Assembly: GCA_044869955.1 (NCBI GenBank)
Contig: JBIOYC010000308.1
Location: 1-63,420 of the forward strand
Source of the DNA: Thermoanaerobaculia bacterium
Lineage (GTDB): Bacteria; Acidobacteriota; Thermoanaerobaculia; Multivoradales; SZUA-115
DNA: 63,420 nt
Direction of reading: 5' to 3'
Below the pieces are notes generated by a model, which saw only the letters and a program-made list of their open reading frames with translations, was not told where the DNA came from and did no database searches. Below, piece by piece: positions 45,946-55,420 of the stretch. Within the stretch, counting starts at the first letter, position 1, and every line of letters starts with the position of its first letter. The position numbers and the translations under genes were made by a program.

Positions 45946-46345
45946 CTTCCTCGACTCGAACGTGCTGGTCTACACCGACGACGGCGACGCGCCGGAGAAA
46001 CGCGCCCGTGCCCTCGACCTCTACCAGGACCTGCGCCAGAGCCGGCGAGGCGTGATTTCGACCCAGGTGCTGGGGGAGTACTTCTCGGTGGCGACGCGGA
46101 AGCTGGGGGTGGGACCGCAGGTGGCCCGGCGCAAGGTGGAGCTCTTCGCCCGCCTGGACGTGGTGCTGGTCGACGCCGCCACGATCCTGAAGGCGATCGA
46201 CCTCCACCGCCTGCGCTCCCTGTCGTGGTGGGACTCGTTGATCGTCTGCGCCGCTTTGGAGGCGAACTGCCGGGTGCTCTTCTCGGAGGATCTCCATCCC
46301 GGACGCATCGAAGGCCTCGAGGTCGTCAACCCGTTTGGGGCCTGA
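45932..46345 (+). CDS. vapC: PIN-domain toxin
   Basis: SFLDSNVLVY (first Asp) and WWDSLIVCAALEANCRVLFSEDL, typical of VapC. Confidence 0.85.
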   Translation: MSARSFLDSNVLVYTDDGDAPEKRARALDLYQDLRQSRRGVISTQVLGEYFSVATRKLGVGPQVARRKVELFARLDVVLVDAATILKAIDLHRLRSLSWWDSLIVCAALEANCRVLFSEDLHPGRIEGLEVVNPFGA

Positions 46346-46516
46346 TCGCGCGGGATCGTCCCACCCCAATAGGTAGTATTCACTGTCGGGCGGTAATTAG
46401 CTCGTCGTGATACGCTCCGTGGCGACTCTGAACCGCCGAGAATGTTTCCAGGCCGTGTCAGCCCGCCTCAGTCCTCCGGTCGTCGCTCTTCCGCCTTGCC
46501 AACAAGGAGGTTCCCC

Positions 46517-49500
46517 ATGACGTTCTCCCGCTCCAGGGAGCTCCTCCGGGCTCCTGGGCGAGCGATCGCTCTGCTCGCCTTGCTCGCCGGACTTGCCCAG
46601 CCGGCCCCGTCCCCCGCCTCCGACACCCCCGATCCCACCAGCGTCACGGTCGCCGGCAGCCTGCAGGACGAGCTCGGCTGTCCCGGCGACTGGCAAGCCG
46701 ACTGTGCGGCGACTCACCTCGTCTTCGACAGCGAGGACCGGGTCTGGCAGGGAGTCTTCACCCTTCCGGCCGGCTCCTTCGAGTACAAGGCGCCGCTCAA
46801 CGACAGCTGGGACGAGAACTACGGCCTCGGCGGCGTGCGCGGCGGCCCCAACATCCCTCTCACCCTCGGCTCGGCCGAGAGCGTGAAGTTCTACTACGAC
46901 CACGAGAGCCATTGGATCACCGACAACGTGGGCTCGACGATCGCAGTGGCGCCGGGGAGCTTCCAGAGCGAGCTGGGCTGCCCTGGCGACTGGGATCCCT
47001 CCTGCCTGCGCTCCTGGCTGCAAGACCCGGACGGTGACGGCACCTACTCCTTCACCACCTTCGCCCTGCCCGCGGGCAGCTACGAGGCCAAGGTGGCGAT
47101 CGACGAGTCCTGGACCGAGAACTACGGGGCGGGCGGTGTCCCGAACGGCGCCAACATCCCCTTCACCGTGGCCACGGACGGCGCTCCGACGGTCTTCTCC
47201 TTCGACTCGGCGACCAACGTGCTGACCGTCTCCGCCGCCGGCGCCCCGGCCGGCAACCTCAACCGCGCCCAGGCCCATTGGGTGCTCGAGGACACCCTCG
47301 CCTGGAACGTGCCGGTGGTGGCGGGCAACAGCTACCGCCTGCACTGGGACGAGAACGGCGACCTGGCCCTCGACGAGACCGGGGTGGTGGGCGGCCAGTC
47401 GATCGCCCTGAGCCACGACCCGGCCGGCTTGCCCCAGGCGGTGCAGGACAAGTTCCCCCACCTGGCCGATCTGCCGGCGTTCAAGATCGCTGCGACCGAC
47501 CTCGGCCTGGTGCCGGCGATCCTGAGGAGCCGCTTCGCCGTCTCGGCTGCCACCGCCGGCGGCGACCCGGTGGACGCCACCTCGCTGCAGATTCCCGGCG
47601 TGCTCGACGACCTCTACGCCTATGCCGGCTCCCTCGGCGTGGTCTGGAACGGTGCGGAGCCGAGGCTCGCGGTCTGGGCCCCCACTGCCCGCTCGGTCTC
47701 CCTGCTCCTCTTCGCGGACGCCCAGCCGGCGACGGTTCCGACGACGATCCCGATGAGCCTCGATGCCGCAACGGGCGTCTGGAGCGTGGCCGGCACCCCG
47801 AGCTGGAAGGGCCAGTACTACCTCTACGAGGTCGAGGTCTGGGCGCCGTCGACGGCCGCCGTCGAGGTCAACCAGGTCACCGACCCCTACTCGCTCTCCC
47901 TCTCGGCCGACAGCCAGCGCTCCCAGATCGTCGACCTCGACGACTCCACCCTGAAGCCTCCGGGCTGGGACCACCTGAGGAAGCCCCGGCTCGAGCGGCC
48001 CGAGGACGTGGTGCTCTACGAGCTCCACGTGCGGGATTTCTCGATCGCCGACGATTCCCTGCCCCCATCGCGCCGTGGCACCTTCCGTGCCGTCGCCGAG
48101 CCTCATTCGGACGGCATGCGGCACCTCGCGGCCCTGGCGCGTGCCGGCCTCACCCACGTCCATCTGCTGCCCGCCTTCGACTTCGCCACCGTGCCCGAGC
48201 GCCGTGCGGATCAGGCCACCACCGGCGACCTCTCGGCGTACCCGCCGGACTCCGACCAACAGCAGGCGGCGGTGGCGGCCATCCGGGACCAGGATGGCTT
48301 CAATTGGGGCTACGACCCGTTCCACTACACGGTGCCGGAGGGCTCGTACTCGACCGACCCCGACGGTCCGGCGCGCATCCGCCAGTTCCGCGAGATGGTG
48401 CGCGGACTCTCGCGGGCGGGCCTGCGGGTGGTGATGGACGTGGTTTACAACCACACCACCGCCTCCGGGCAGAGCGCCAGGTCGGTGCTGGACCGCATCG
48501 TGCCCGGCTACTACCACCGCTTGAACGCGGACGGCTTCGTCGAGACCTCGACCTGCTGTGCCAACACCGCCTCCGAGCACACCATGATGGGCAAGCTGAT
48601 GCGGGACTCGCTCGTCACCTGGGCCAAGGCTTACAAGGTGGACGGCTTCCGCTTCGATCTCATGGGCCACCACATGAAGGCCAACTTGCTCGAGATCCGC
48701 GACGCCCTGGCCGCCCTCACCCTCGAGGACGACGGCGTGGACGGCTCGAAGATCTACCTTTACGGCGAGGGCTGGAACTTCGGCGAGGTGGCGAACAACG
48801 CCCGCGGCGTCAACGCCACCCAGCTCAACATGCCGGGCACCGGCATCGGCACCTTCTCGGACCGCCTGCGCGACGCCGCCCGAGGCGGCAACCCGTTCGG
48901 AGGGCTCGTCGAGCAAGGCTTCCTCAACGGCCTCTACACCGACTCGAACGGCCAGCCCCAGGGCAACGAGCTGGACAAGATCCTGCTCTTCACCGATCAG
49001 ATCAAGGTCGGCCTGGCCGGCAACCTCGCGGCCTTCCCGCTCATCGACCGCTTCGGCAACGCCGTGGTCGGCTCCGAGATCGACTACAACGGCCAGCCGG
49101 CGGGCTACACCCAGGACCCGCAGGAGGTCATCACCTACGTCGAGGCCCACGACAACGAGACCCTCTTCGACGCCGTCCACCTGAAGGCACCGGCCTCGAC
49201 GTCGATGGCCGAGCGGGTGCGCATGCAGAACCTCGGAGTCTCCCTGGTCGCTCTGGGCCAGGGCATCCCCTTCTTCCATGCCGGCGTGGACCTGCTGCGC
49301 TCGAAGTCCCTCGACCGCAACAGCTACAACTCCGGGGACTGGTTCAACGCCATCGACTGGACCGGGGCCGACAACGGCTGGGGTCACGGCCTGCCCGCGG
49401 CGGTGGACAACCAGTCGAACTGGCCCCTCTTCCAGCCTCTGCTGGCCGACCTGGCCCTGAAGCCCACGGCGGCGGACGCCGAGAAGGCGAAGCGCCACCT

Positions 49501-49879
49501 GCGAGAGATGCTCGAGATCCGCAAGAGCTCGGAGCTGTTCCGGCTGGAGACCGGTGCCGAGGTGATCTCCCGGGTGCGCTTCCACAACGAGGGCCCGGGC
49601 CAGGTGCCGGGGCTGCTGGTGATGTCGATCGGTGATCCCGGCGGGGACGTCGACCGCCAGATCGCTGAGATCGTGGTGATCGTCAACGTCGACGATCAGA
49701 CCCTGGGATTTGCCCCCGCCGGCCTCGCCGAGTCGAGGTTCGAGCTACATCCGGTGCAGCGTCATTCCTTCGACTCGGTGGTGCGCACGGCGAGCTACGA
49801 CCGCGACACGGGCATCTTCACCGTGCCCGGTCGCACGGCGGCGGTCTTCGTCGCCAAGCGGCGAGCCGGGCATCGGTGA
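46517..49879 (+). CDS. pulA: pullulanase-type alpha-1,6-glucosidase (GH13) with N-terminal carbohydrate-binding modules, secreted
   Basis: RBS AAGGAGG and a signal peptide. Two repeated N-terminal modules (GSFQ.ELGCPGDW...C). FNWGYDPFHYTVPEGSY, and GH13 regions VVMDVVYNHT, DGFRFDLMGH, YGEGWNF, YVEAHDN. Confidence 0.9.
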   Translation: MTFSRSRELLRAPGRAIALLALLAGLAQPAPSPASDTPDPTSVTVAGSLQDELGCPGDWQADCAATHLVFDSEDRVWQGVFTLPAGSFEYKAPLNDSWDENYGLGGVRGGPNIPLTLGSAESVKFYYDHESHWITDNVGSTIAVAPGSFQSELGCPGDWDPSCLRSWLQDPDGDGTYSFTTFALPAGSYEAKVAIDESWTENYGAGGVPNGANIPFTVATDGAPTVFSFDSATNVLTVSAAGAPAGNLNRAQAHWVLEDTLAWNVPVVAGNSYRLHWDENGDLALDETGVVGGQSIALSHDPAGLPQAVQDKFPHLADLPAFKIAATDLGLVPAILRSRFAVSAATAGGDPVDATSLQIPGVLDDLYAYAGSLGVVWNGAEPRLAVWAPTARSVSLLLFADAQPATVPTTIPMSLDAATGVWSVAGTPSWKGQYYLYEVEVWAPSTAAVEVNQVTDPYSLSLSADSQRSQIVDLDDSTLKPPGWDHLRKPRLERPEDVVLYELHVRDFSIADDSLPPSRRGTFRAVAEPHSDGMRHLAALARAGLTHVHLLPAFDFATVPERRADQATTGDLSAYPPDSDQQQAAVAAIRDQDGFNWGYDPFHYTVPEGSYSTDPDGPARIRQFREMVRGLSRAGLRVVMDVVYNHTTASGQSARSVLDRIVPGYYHRLNADGFVETSTCCANTASEHTMMGKLMRDSLVTWAKAYKVDGFRFDLMGHHMKANLLEIRDALAALTLEDDGVDGSKIYLYGEGWNFGEVANNARGVNATQLNMPGTGIGTFSDRLRDAARGGNPFGGLVEQGFLNGLYTDSNGQPQGNELDKILLFTDQIKVGLAGNLAAFPLIDRFGNAVVGSEIDYNGQPAGYTQDPQEVITYVEAHDNETLFDAVHLKAPASTSMAERVRMQNLGVSLVALGQGIPFFHAGVDLLRSKSLDRNSYNSGDWFNAIDWTGADNGWGHGLPAAVDNQSNWPLFQPLLADLALKPTAADAEKAKRHLREMLEIRKSSELFRLETGAEVISRVRFHNEGPGQVPGLLVMSIGDPGGDVDRQIAEIVVIVNVDDQTLGFAPAGLAESRFELHPVQRHSFDSVVRTASYDRDTGIFTVPGRTAAVFVAKRRAGHR

Positions 49880-49885
49880 CGAGGG

Positions 49886-52800
49886 TCACGGGTCGCTGAA
49901 GGCTCCTGTATCCGCCCGGCCGCAGAGGTTGCCGGGCGGATTGTGGTACGTCCTCGAGACTCCGGTCAGGTGGTCGGTGACCGTGAGGTCGTACTCGACG
50001 TCCGAGAGGGCGGCGAAGAAGACCCAGAAGCGGCCGTTGACCGGGCGTCCGTCGAGGACCTTGACCACCAGCTCGAGCACACCGGGGTTGAAGAAGTAAA
50101 AGGAGCCGCTCTCGTCGGTGCCGGGCACGGTGCCGCCGGTGCCGGTCTGCCCGGAGCGCGGCTCTCGCCAGGTCACGGATACCCCGAAGCGCCCACCCTG
50201 GAGACAGAGCTCGGTGCTGCCCGGCACACAGGCGCCGCTTGCAGCTGCCGGTACAAGAGTGAGAGGCAAGTTGAGCGGTTCGGGCGCGAGAGCCGTGGCG
50301 TTCGCCGTAGGCACGGAATCCACGTCCGCGAGGCCGCAGATCTCCCCGGCGACGCTGGTGTAGTGGCGACTACGACCGGTCGCCAAGTCGGTGACCTCCA
50401 CCTCGTACTCGACATCGGACAGAGCGCCGTAGAAGGTCCAAAGGTGAGCGTTCAAGGCGCTGCCGTCGAGGATCTTGACCACCAGCTCGAGGTTGCCGGG
50501 GGAGAAGAACCAGAAGAAGCCGGTCTCCTCTGAGAAGGGCACGGCGGTAGCCGAGCCCTCGGCCCCGGTACGCACGTCCCGCCAGCGAGCGCGCACCCGC
50601 ACGCGTCCGTCCAGGAGGCAGAGGTCCTGCGGCGACTGGCAGGGAGCCGCCGGGGGCTCGAGGTCGAGGCGCCACAGCTCCTCGCCAGTCACGCCGTCGT
50701 CGGCCGTGAAGTAGAGGTTGTTGCCGACAGGGACCATCCAGCTTGGGTGTGCCGAAGCAGGGCCGGGCCAGGTGTCGGTCAGCCTGTAAGTACCCAGCAC
50801 CGTGCCATCGGTGATCCACAGCTCTTGACCGTGCTCGCCGTCGCTTGCACTGAAGACCAGCCGGTCGCCGGCGAGGTTCATGACCAGGGGGAAGCCTGAG
50901 CTGGGACCCGGCTGGAGATCGACCACAAGCCGGGTCCCCTCGTCGGTGCCGTCCGTCAGCCAGAGCTCGTCGCCATGCTCGCCGTCGTTGGCTACGAAGT
51001 AGGCGCGTGGGCCAATGGTGAGGAAGTTGAAGGGGTTCGAGCTGAGGCGCCCGGGGCGGAAGTCACGCAGTAGGCGCGTGCCGTCGGGTGTGCCGTCGCT
51101 CGTCCAGAGCTCGACACCATGGTCGCGCGTGAACGCACTGAAGACCAGGTGGTTCCCCACCGGGGTCAGGAAGTGGAAGAGCTCACTGCCGAAAAGGCCG
51201 ATGTCGGCGAGCTCGACGGCATCTCCGGGAACACCGTCGGTGACCCACAGCTCGGTGAAGTTGCTGTCTTCCCGGCCGGCTGTGAAGAAAAGCCGGGAAC
51301 CGACCACGGCCATCTGGCCCGTGGCGAAGAAATCTTCGTCCCCGTCGAAGAATGGGGATGTTCCCGCAGCCGTGCCGTCGGTTCGCCACAGGTCGCCACC
51401 TGCCCCCTGGAAGTAGAAGAACCCTCCGAAGCTCGCGCCGGAGGAGATGAGGCACTGGCTGCCGACTCCGACACTCTGCGCTACCAGAGAAGTCCCGGCG
51501 GCGGTGCCGTCGGTTTGCCATAGGTCGTGCTGGTCGTTCTCGGGTCGAGTGAAGAAGTAGAGCCCTCCGTCGTGCAGGTGAAAGCCGCAGTCGAGGTCGT
51601 CTTCGAAGTACGCGACCAACCGGGTGCCCGCTGGCGTGCCATCCGTCGCCATCAGAGCGTCTTCGAAGGTGTTGCTGGGGGATGCCCTGAAGAGCACCTG
51701 GTTGCCCAAGACCACGGTCTGTTGTGGCGCAGCGGCGCTCGGGTCCTCAGGGTCCGTGAGCCGCACGGTCGAAGCGGTGTCACCCTGGGTCGCGAACAGC
51801 GAGGGTACCTGCGAGAAGCTCTCGTTGGCGATGAAGACCAGCCGGTCGCCCAAGGGAGCGAGCCACCTGGGGTCGCTCCCCTGCTCCAGGGAAGGGGAGA
51901 AGTCACGCACCCGCTCCAGGCTGCCCGGAGTGCCGTCCGTACGGTAGAGATCCCTGGGCCCGGACGATTCGCCAAGAGCCAGAAGGAGGTCCCCGTTCGG
52001 CAGCAAGGCTGCCTCGGAGCCGGGAGGGCTGGCGGGCAGCTCTGCCACTGAAACCGTGCCGGCGGGGGTCCCGTCGGTCCGCCACAGCTCGTTGATTCCC
52101 TGGGCACCGCGTCCCGAGAAGAGCAGTGAGCTGCCGAGAGTCCAGGCTCGATCGGGCCGTGACTCGCAGCTTCCCGTGCAGAGGTCCCGCAGCTGCCGGG
52201 TCCCCGCCGTCGTGCCATCCGTAACCCAAGGCTCGATACCCGTCGCGCCGTCGCTCGCGCTGAAGACCACCAGGTCACCGACGGTTCCCAAGAGAACGAG
52301 CGAGGAGGAGCACGTCCCGGGGCAGACGTCCTTGAGCAACCGCGTGCCGTTGGGAGTGCCGTTCGAGATCCACAACTCCTCGCCCTGCTCCGCAGTCGCC
52401 ACCGGGATCACAAAGCGGTCCCCCAAGGGCAGGACGGAGAGACCGGCATCGGCTGAGGCCGGCAGGATGGACCGAGTCCCGGTCGGAGTGCCGTTCGTGG
52501 AAAAGAGGCGGGACTGCCCGTCGCCAATGGCCGCGGTGAAGGCGATGCCCGCGGGCGTGGACAGGAACGAGTTGAAGAAAGCGAAGAGGCTGCCTGCGGG
52601 ACCGGGATTGAGGTCGCCGAGCGGTCGGGTCCCGGCTGGCGTACCGTCCGTCACCCACGGCTCGAGCCCTTGCTCGGGCGAGAAGCCCCGGAAGAGCACC
52701 AAGCCGCCGAAAGGCGTGAGCGCCCCCAAGCCGCCTTGGCCGTCGCCAGCCTGGGCAGCGACCAGGCGAGTGGTGCCGTCTGAGGTTCCATCCGTGGTCC

Positions 52801-53437
52801 ACAGCTCGGGCAGGTCCTCCTGTGTGAAGGCCACGAAATAGACTCGCCCAGCGGCGTACACCATCTCGCTCGGTGCCAGGCGGCCGGAAGGCTGTATCAC
52901 GTTCGCGATGCGCCGCGTCCCGGCTACCGTGCCGTCACTCACCCAAGGTTCGAACCCCGCCTCGTCCGCTCCGACGAAGAAGAGCAGGCCACGCAGCGGG
53001 TCGACCGCAGCGATCTCGACGTCCTGCTCGCGCCAGAAGGTGAACGCCGTCAAGATCTGCGTGCGTTCGGGCGTCCCATCGGAGCGCAGCAGCTGGTAGC
53101 TACCGCTCCCATCCCTGACGCCGAAGAAGGCAACTCCGCCCGTCGCGGCGATCGGGATGGGATTCGCCGAGCAGGTCGGGCAGATGTCCTTCACCAGCGA
53201 AGTGCCCTGGGGGGTCCCGTCTGAACGCCACAGCTCGCGGCCCTGGGCCGGGAACGACGAAGGGAACAGAGCTTGGTTCCCGGTTAGGAGAAAGGGACCG
53301 GGGAAGGTCGAGGCGGAGGAGGTCGACGCCGGGTCCACGTTCAAGTTCACCACCTGCGTCGCCCCGCCCTGGCCGAGGGCCGGGGCGGACCCTAGGAGCA
53401 CCAGCAACAACGGGAGGCTTCGTTTCGCTCGAATCAT
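49886..53437 (-). CDS. ELWxxDGT-repeat protein (about 19 repeats) with two tandem C-terminal ~105-aa domains, secreted
   Basis: A signal peptide MIRAKRSLPLLLVLLGSAPALG. The recurring unit is G.ELW.[ST]DGT..GT..[LV].D; the C-terminal duplicated domain is described in findings. Confidence 0.8.
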   Translation of the reverse strand: MIRAKRSLPLLLVLLGSAPALGQGGATQVVNLNVDPASTSSASTFPGPFLLTGNQALFPSSFPAQGRELWRSDGTPQGTSLVKDICPTCSANPIPIAATGGVAFFGVRDGSGSYQLLRSDGTPERTQILTAFTFWREQDVEIAAVDPLRGLLFFVGADEAGFEPWVSDGTVAGTRRIANVIQPSGRLAPSEMVYAAGRVYFVAFTQEDLPELWTTDGTSDGTTRLVAAQAGDGQGGLGALTPFGGLVLFRGFSPEQGLEPWVTDGTPAGTRPLGDLNPGPAGSLFAFFNSFLSTPAGIAFTAAIGDGQSRLFSTNGTPTGTRSILPASADAGLSVLPLGDRFVIPVATAEQGEELWISNGTPNGTRLLKDVCPGTCSSSLVLLGTVGDLVVFSASDGATGIEPWVTDGTTAGTRQLRDLCTGSCESRPDRAWTLGSSLLFSGRGAQGINELWRTDGTPAGTVSVAELPASPPGSEAALLPNGDLLLALGESSGPRDLYRTDGTPGSLERVRDFSPSLEQGSDPRWLAPLGDRLVFIANESFSQVPSLFATQGDTASTVRLTDPEDPSAAAPQQTVVLGNQVLFRASPSNTFEDALMATDGTPAGTRLVAYFEDDLDCGFHLHDGGLYFFTRPENDQHDLWQTDGTAAGTSLVAQSVGVGSQCLISSGASFGGFFYFQGAGGDLWRTDGTAAGTSPFFDGDEDFFATGQMAVVGSRLFFTAGREDSNFTELWVTDGVPGDAVELADIGLFGSELFHFLTPVGNHLVFSAFTRDHGVELWTSDGTPDGTRLLRDFRPGRLSSNPFNFLTIGPRAYFVANDGEHGDELWLTDGTDEGTRLVVDLQPGPSSGFPLVMNLAGDRLVFSASDGEHGQELWITDGTVLGTYRLTDTWPGPASAHPSWMVPVGNNLYFTADDGVTGEELWRLDLEPPAAPCQSPQDLCLLDGRVRVRARWRDVRTGAEGSATAVPFSEETGFFWFFSPGNLELVVKILDGSALNAHLWTFYGALSDVEYEVEVTDLATGRSRHYTSVAGEICGLADVDSVPTANATALAPEPLNLPLTLVPAAASGACVPGSTELCLQGGRFGVSVTWREPRSGQTGTGGTVPGTDESGSFYFFNPGVLELVVKVLDGRPVNGRFWVFFAALSDVEYDLTVTDHLTGVSRTYHNPPGNLCGRADTGAFSDP

Positions 53438-53480
53438 TGTTTGATTCTAAGCGGAAGCGAAGCTGCGTCGGGCTCGAGGT

Positions 53481-54014
53481 CTACAGCCCCACCCGCAGCA
53501 CCGCGCCGAAGGTGTAGGTGTCGGTGTCGACGTCGACGTTCTCGAGCTCGTCCCACTCGTCGAAGCGGTAGGTGGCGTGGACGTCGAGCTGGATCGAGCC
53601 GAGGAGGGTGAGGCGGTAGCCGAGGCGGCCCATGTAGAAGGGATCGGAGGGGTTGTCCTCGAGGCCGTCCGAGTAGGCCACTCCGGCGCCCACCCCGCCG
53701 TAGAAGTTGCCGCCCACCAGGACGAAGACCTCGGGCAGGATGGCGCGCTCGGTGGAGCCGCCATAGCCGTCCTCGTAGAGCTCGGCGTCGACCTGGAAGG
53801 TGAAGATCCCGCTGGGTTTGTACTGATAGGACAGGACATAGGAGTTGCCGTCGTCCTCGATGTCCTCGAAGTCCGAGTCCGAGGGCAGGCCGTCGACGGT
53901 GCGCCAGTAGTGGATGCCCACGCCGATCGAGTGCTCACCGGCCTGAGCCGGAAGGGTGGCAAGGGGCAGGGCGAGGGCGATCAGGGCGAAGGACAGGCGG
54001 GTTCGCGGGCTCAT
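53481..54014 (-). CDS. small outer-membrane beta-barrel protein (OmpW/OprF-N-like porin family)
   Basis: A signal peptide MSPRTRLSFALIALALPLATLPAQA, with ~8 amphipathic strands and Gly/Tyr-rich turns. The start is at ATG 54014, not the track's 54125. Confidence 0.6.
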   Translation of the reverse strand: MSPRTRLSFALIALALPLATLPAQAGEHSIGVGIHYWRTVDGLPSDSDFEDIEDDGNSYVLSYQYKPSGIFTFQVDAELYEDGYGGSTERAILPEVFVLVGGNFYGGVGAGVAYSDGLEDNPSDPFYMGRLGYRLTLLGSIQLDVHATYRFDEWDELENVDVDTDTYTFGAVLRVGL

Positions 54015-54090
54015 CGAGGGTCCTTTCCGAAAGTGGCGCCGCCGGCGCCGGCTGGGAGGGATTGTACGGGAGTCGGTCCGAGCGCTCGGC

Positions 54091-55290
54091 TCAGGGCGCC
54101 AGCCCCAACCCCACCGCCCCGGCATAGCGCTCGAGGGCTGACTGGGCGGCGGCCTGGTCGGTGGCGCTGGGGCGGTCGGCTTCGAAGTGTCGGGCGAGCA
54201 CGTGGAGCCGGCCCTGGCGGCGGTCGGCCTTCAAGTCCACACGGCCGATCAGGCGCTCGCCGGCCAGGATGGGCAGGCAGAAGTAGCCGAACACCCGCCG
54301 CTCCGCCGGCGTGAAGATCTCCAGCCGCTGCTCGAAGCAGAAGAAGAGCTCCACGCGTCGGCGATCCCAGAGCAGGGGGTCGAAGGGAGAGAGCAGAACT
54401 CCACGGCCGCTGCGGGGCCGGAGAGCGCCGAGCTTTGCGGCCAGCTCCAGGTCCCCGGGCCGGATGTGGCCCTTGAGCTTGCGGCCGTCCTCGGTGGCCA
54501 GGACACAGGGCAGCACCCGCCCTTCCTCCACCAGCTCGGCGGTCGCCGAGGCCGCCTCCTCCGTGCGGTAGCGCAGCCGCCAGGTGGCGTTTACCGTGCG
54601 GGCGTCGGTCCAGCCGTGTCCGGAAAGGGCGAGGAGCACCAGCTCTTTCAACGCCTCTCGAGCCGGCAGGGCCGGACGGCGGCGCCAGGCCTCCGGGATC
54701 ACCCGTTCGGTTAGGTCGAAGGTGCGCTGGAAGCCCCGTCGCTCGGCCACCGCGAGGTCACCGGAGGACCACAGGGCGGAGATCACTTTCTTGGTCGTCT
54801 TCAGGCCCCACCAGCCGCCGCTCCCCTCCCCCTCGAGGTCCATCGAGCGCAAGGGCCCCTCGGAGGCGATGCGCTCGAGGATCTCCCGCGCCAGCTCGGG
54901 GTGCTCGCCGAGCAGGTCCCCCCACCAGGGATGGACGCGAAACTCCTCGCGCCGGAAGGCCATGGCCGGGTAGAGCTCGATCGGCAGCCAGCACGCCTCG
55001 TGGCCCCAGTATTCGAAGAGGGGCTCACCAGGCTGGAGCAGCCTCTCGCCCAGCTCGGCCGGGAATCCGGCCAGTCGCGAGGTGAGGACGATCGAGTGCG
55101 AGCGGGCGCCGGCGATCGACACCGTGTCGAGCTGGAGGTAGCCGAAGCGGCGGATCACCGCGTGGGCGGCGGCGCGGGCCTGCTTCTCGCCGCGTCCGGC
55201 CGAGGCCGGCAGCCCGGTGTACTCCGGGCCGAGCAGCCCGGCTCGAGCCAGGGCCAGGCGCCGGGCTTCGCGCAGGGAGAGGGATTCCAC
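54091..55290 (-). CDS. winged-helix DNA glycosylase family protein (YcaQ/AlkZ-like, DUF1006)
   Basis: A 399-aa protein with LSLREARRLALARAGL, RRFGYLQLDTVS, FEYWGHEACWLP and VFGYFCLPIL, typical of the YcaQ family. Confidence 0.75.
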   Translation of the reverse strand: MESLSLREARRLALARAGLLGPEYTGLPASAGRGEKQARAAAHAVIRRFGYLQLDTVSIAGARSHSIVLTSRLAGFPAELGERLLQPGEPLFEYWGHEACWLPIELYPAMAFRREEFRVHPWWGDLLGEHPELAREILERIASEGPLRSMDLEGEGSGGWWGLKTTKKVISALWSSGDLAVAERRGFQRTFDLTERVIPEAWRRRPALPAREALKELVLLALSGHGWTDARTVNATWRLRYRTEEAASATAELVEEGRVLPCVLATEDGRKLKGHIRPGDLELAAKLGALRPRSGRGVLLSPFDPLLWDRRRVELFFCFEQRLEIFTPAERRVFGYFCLPILAGERLIGRVDLKADRRQGRLHVLARHFEADRPSATDQAAAQSALERYAGAVGLGLAP

Positions 55291-55339
55291 GGCGGCGAAC
55301 GTTATCGTAAGGAAAGGGCGTTACGGATCGGCCCGCGAG

Positions 55340-55368
55340 GGAACATTTCTCCGCCACGCCCGTAGAAT
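55340..55368 (+). promoter_or_regulatory. candidate promoter GGAACA-17-TAGAAT for the efflux operon
   Basis: Read directly in the divergent YcaQ/adaptor intergenic region. An inverted repeat CGTAA-N10-TTACG lies just upstream. Confidence 0.3.
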
Positions 55369-55420
55369 GGCCCGACATTCCGGACTCTGCTCCCCCCTCC
55401 ACTCAACCGACGAGATCGAC

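Noticed and set aside
46397-49585. 1062-aa antisense ORF and 785-aa alternative-frame ORF (47278-49635) over the pullulanase gene
   Set aside because: The pullulanase frame has all four GH13 conserved regions, and the shadows are low-complexity.
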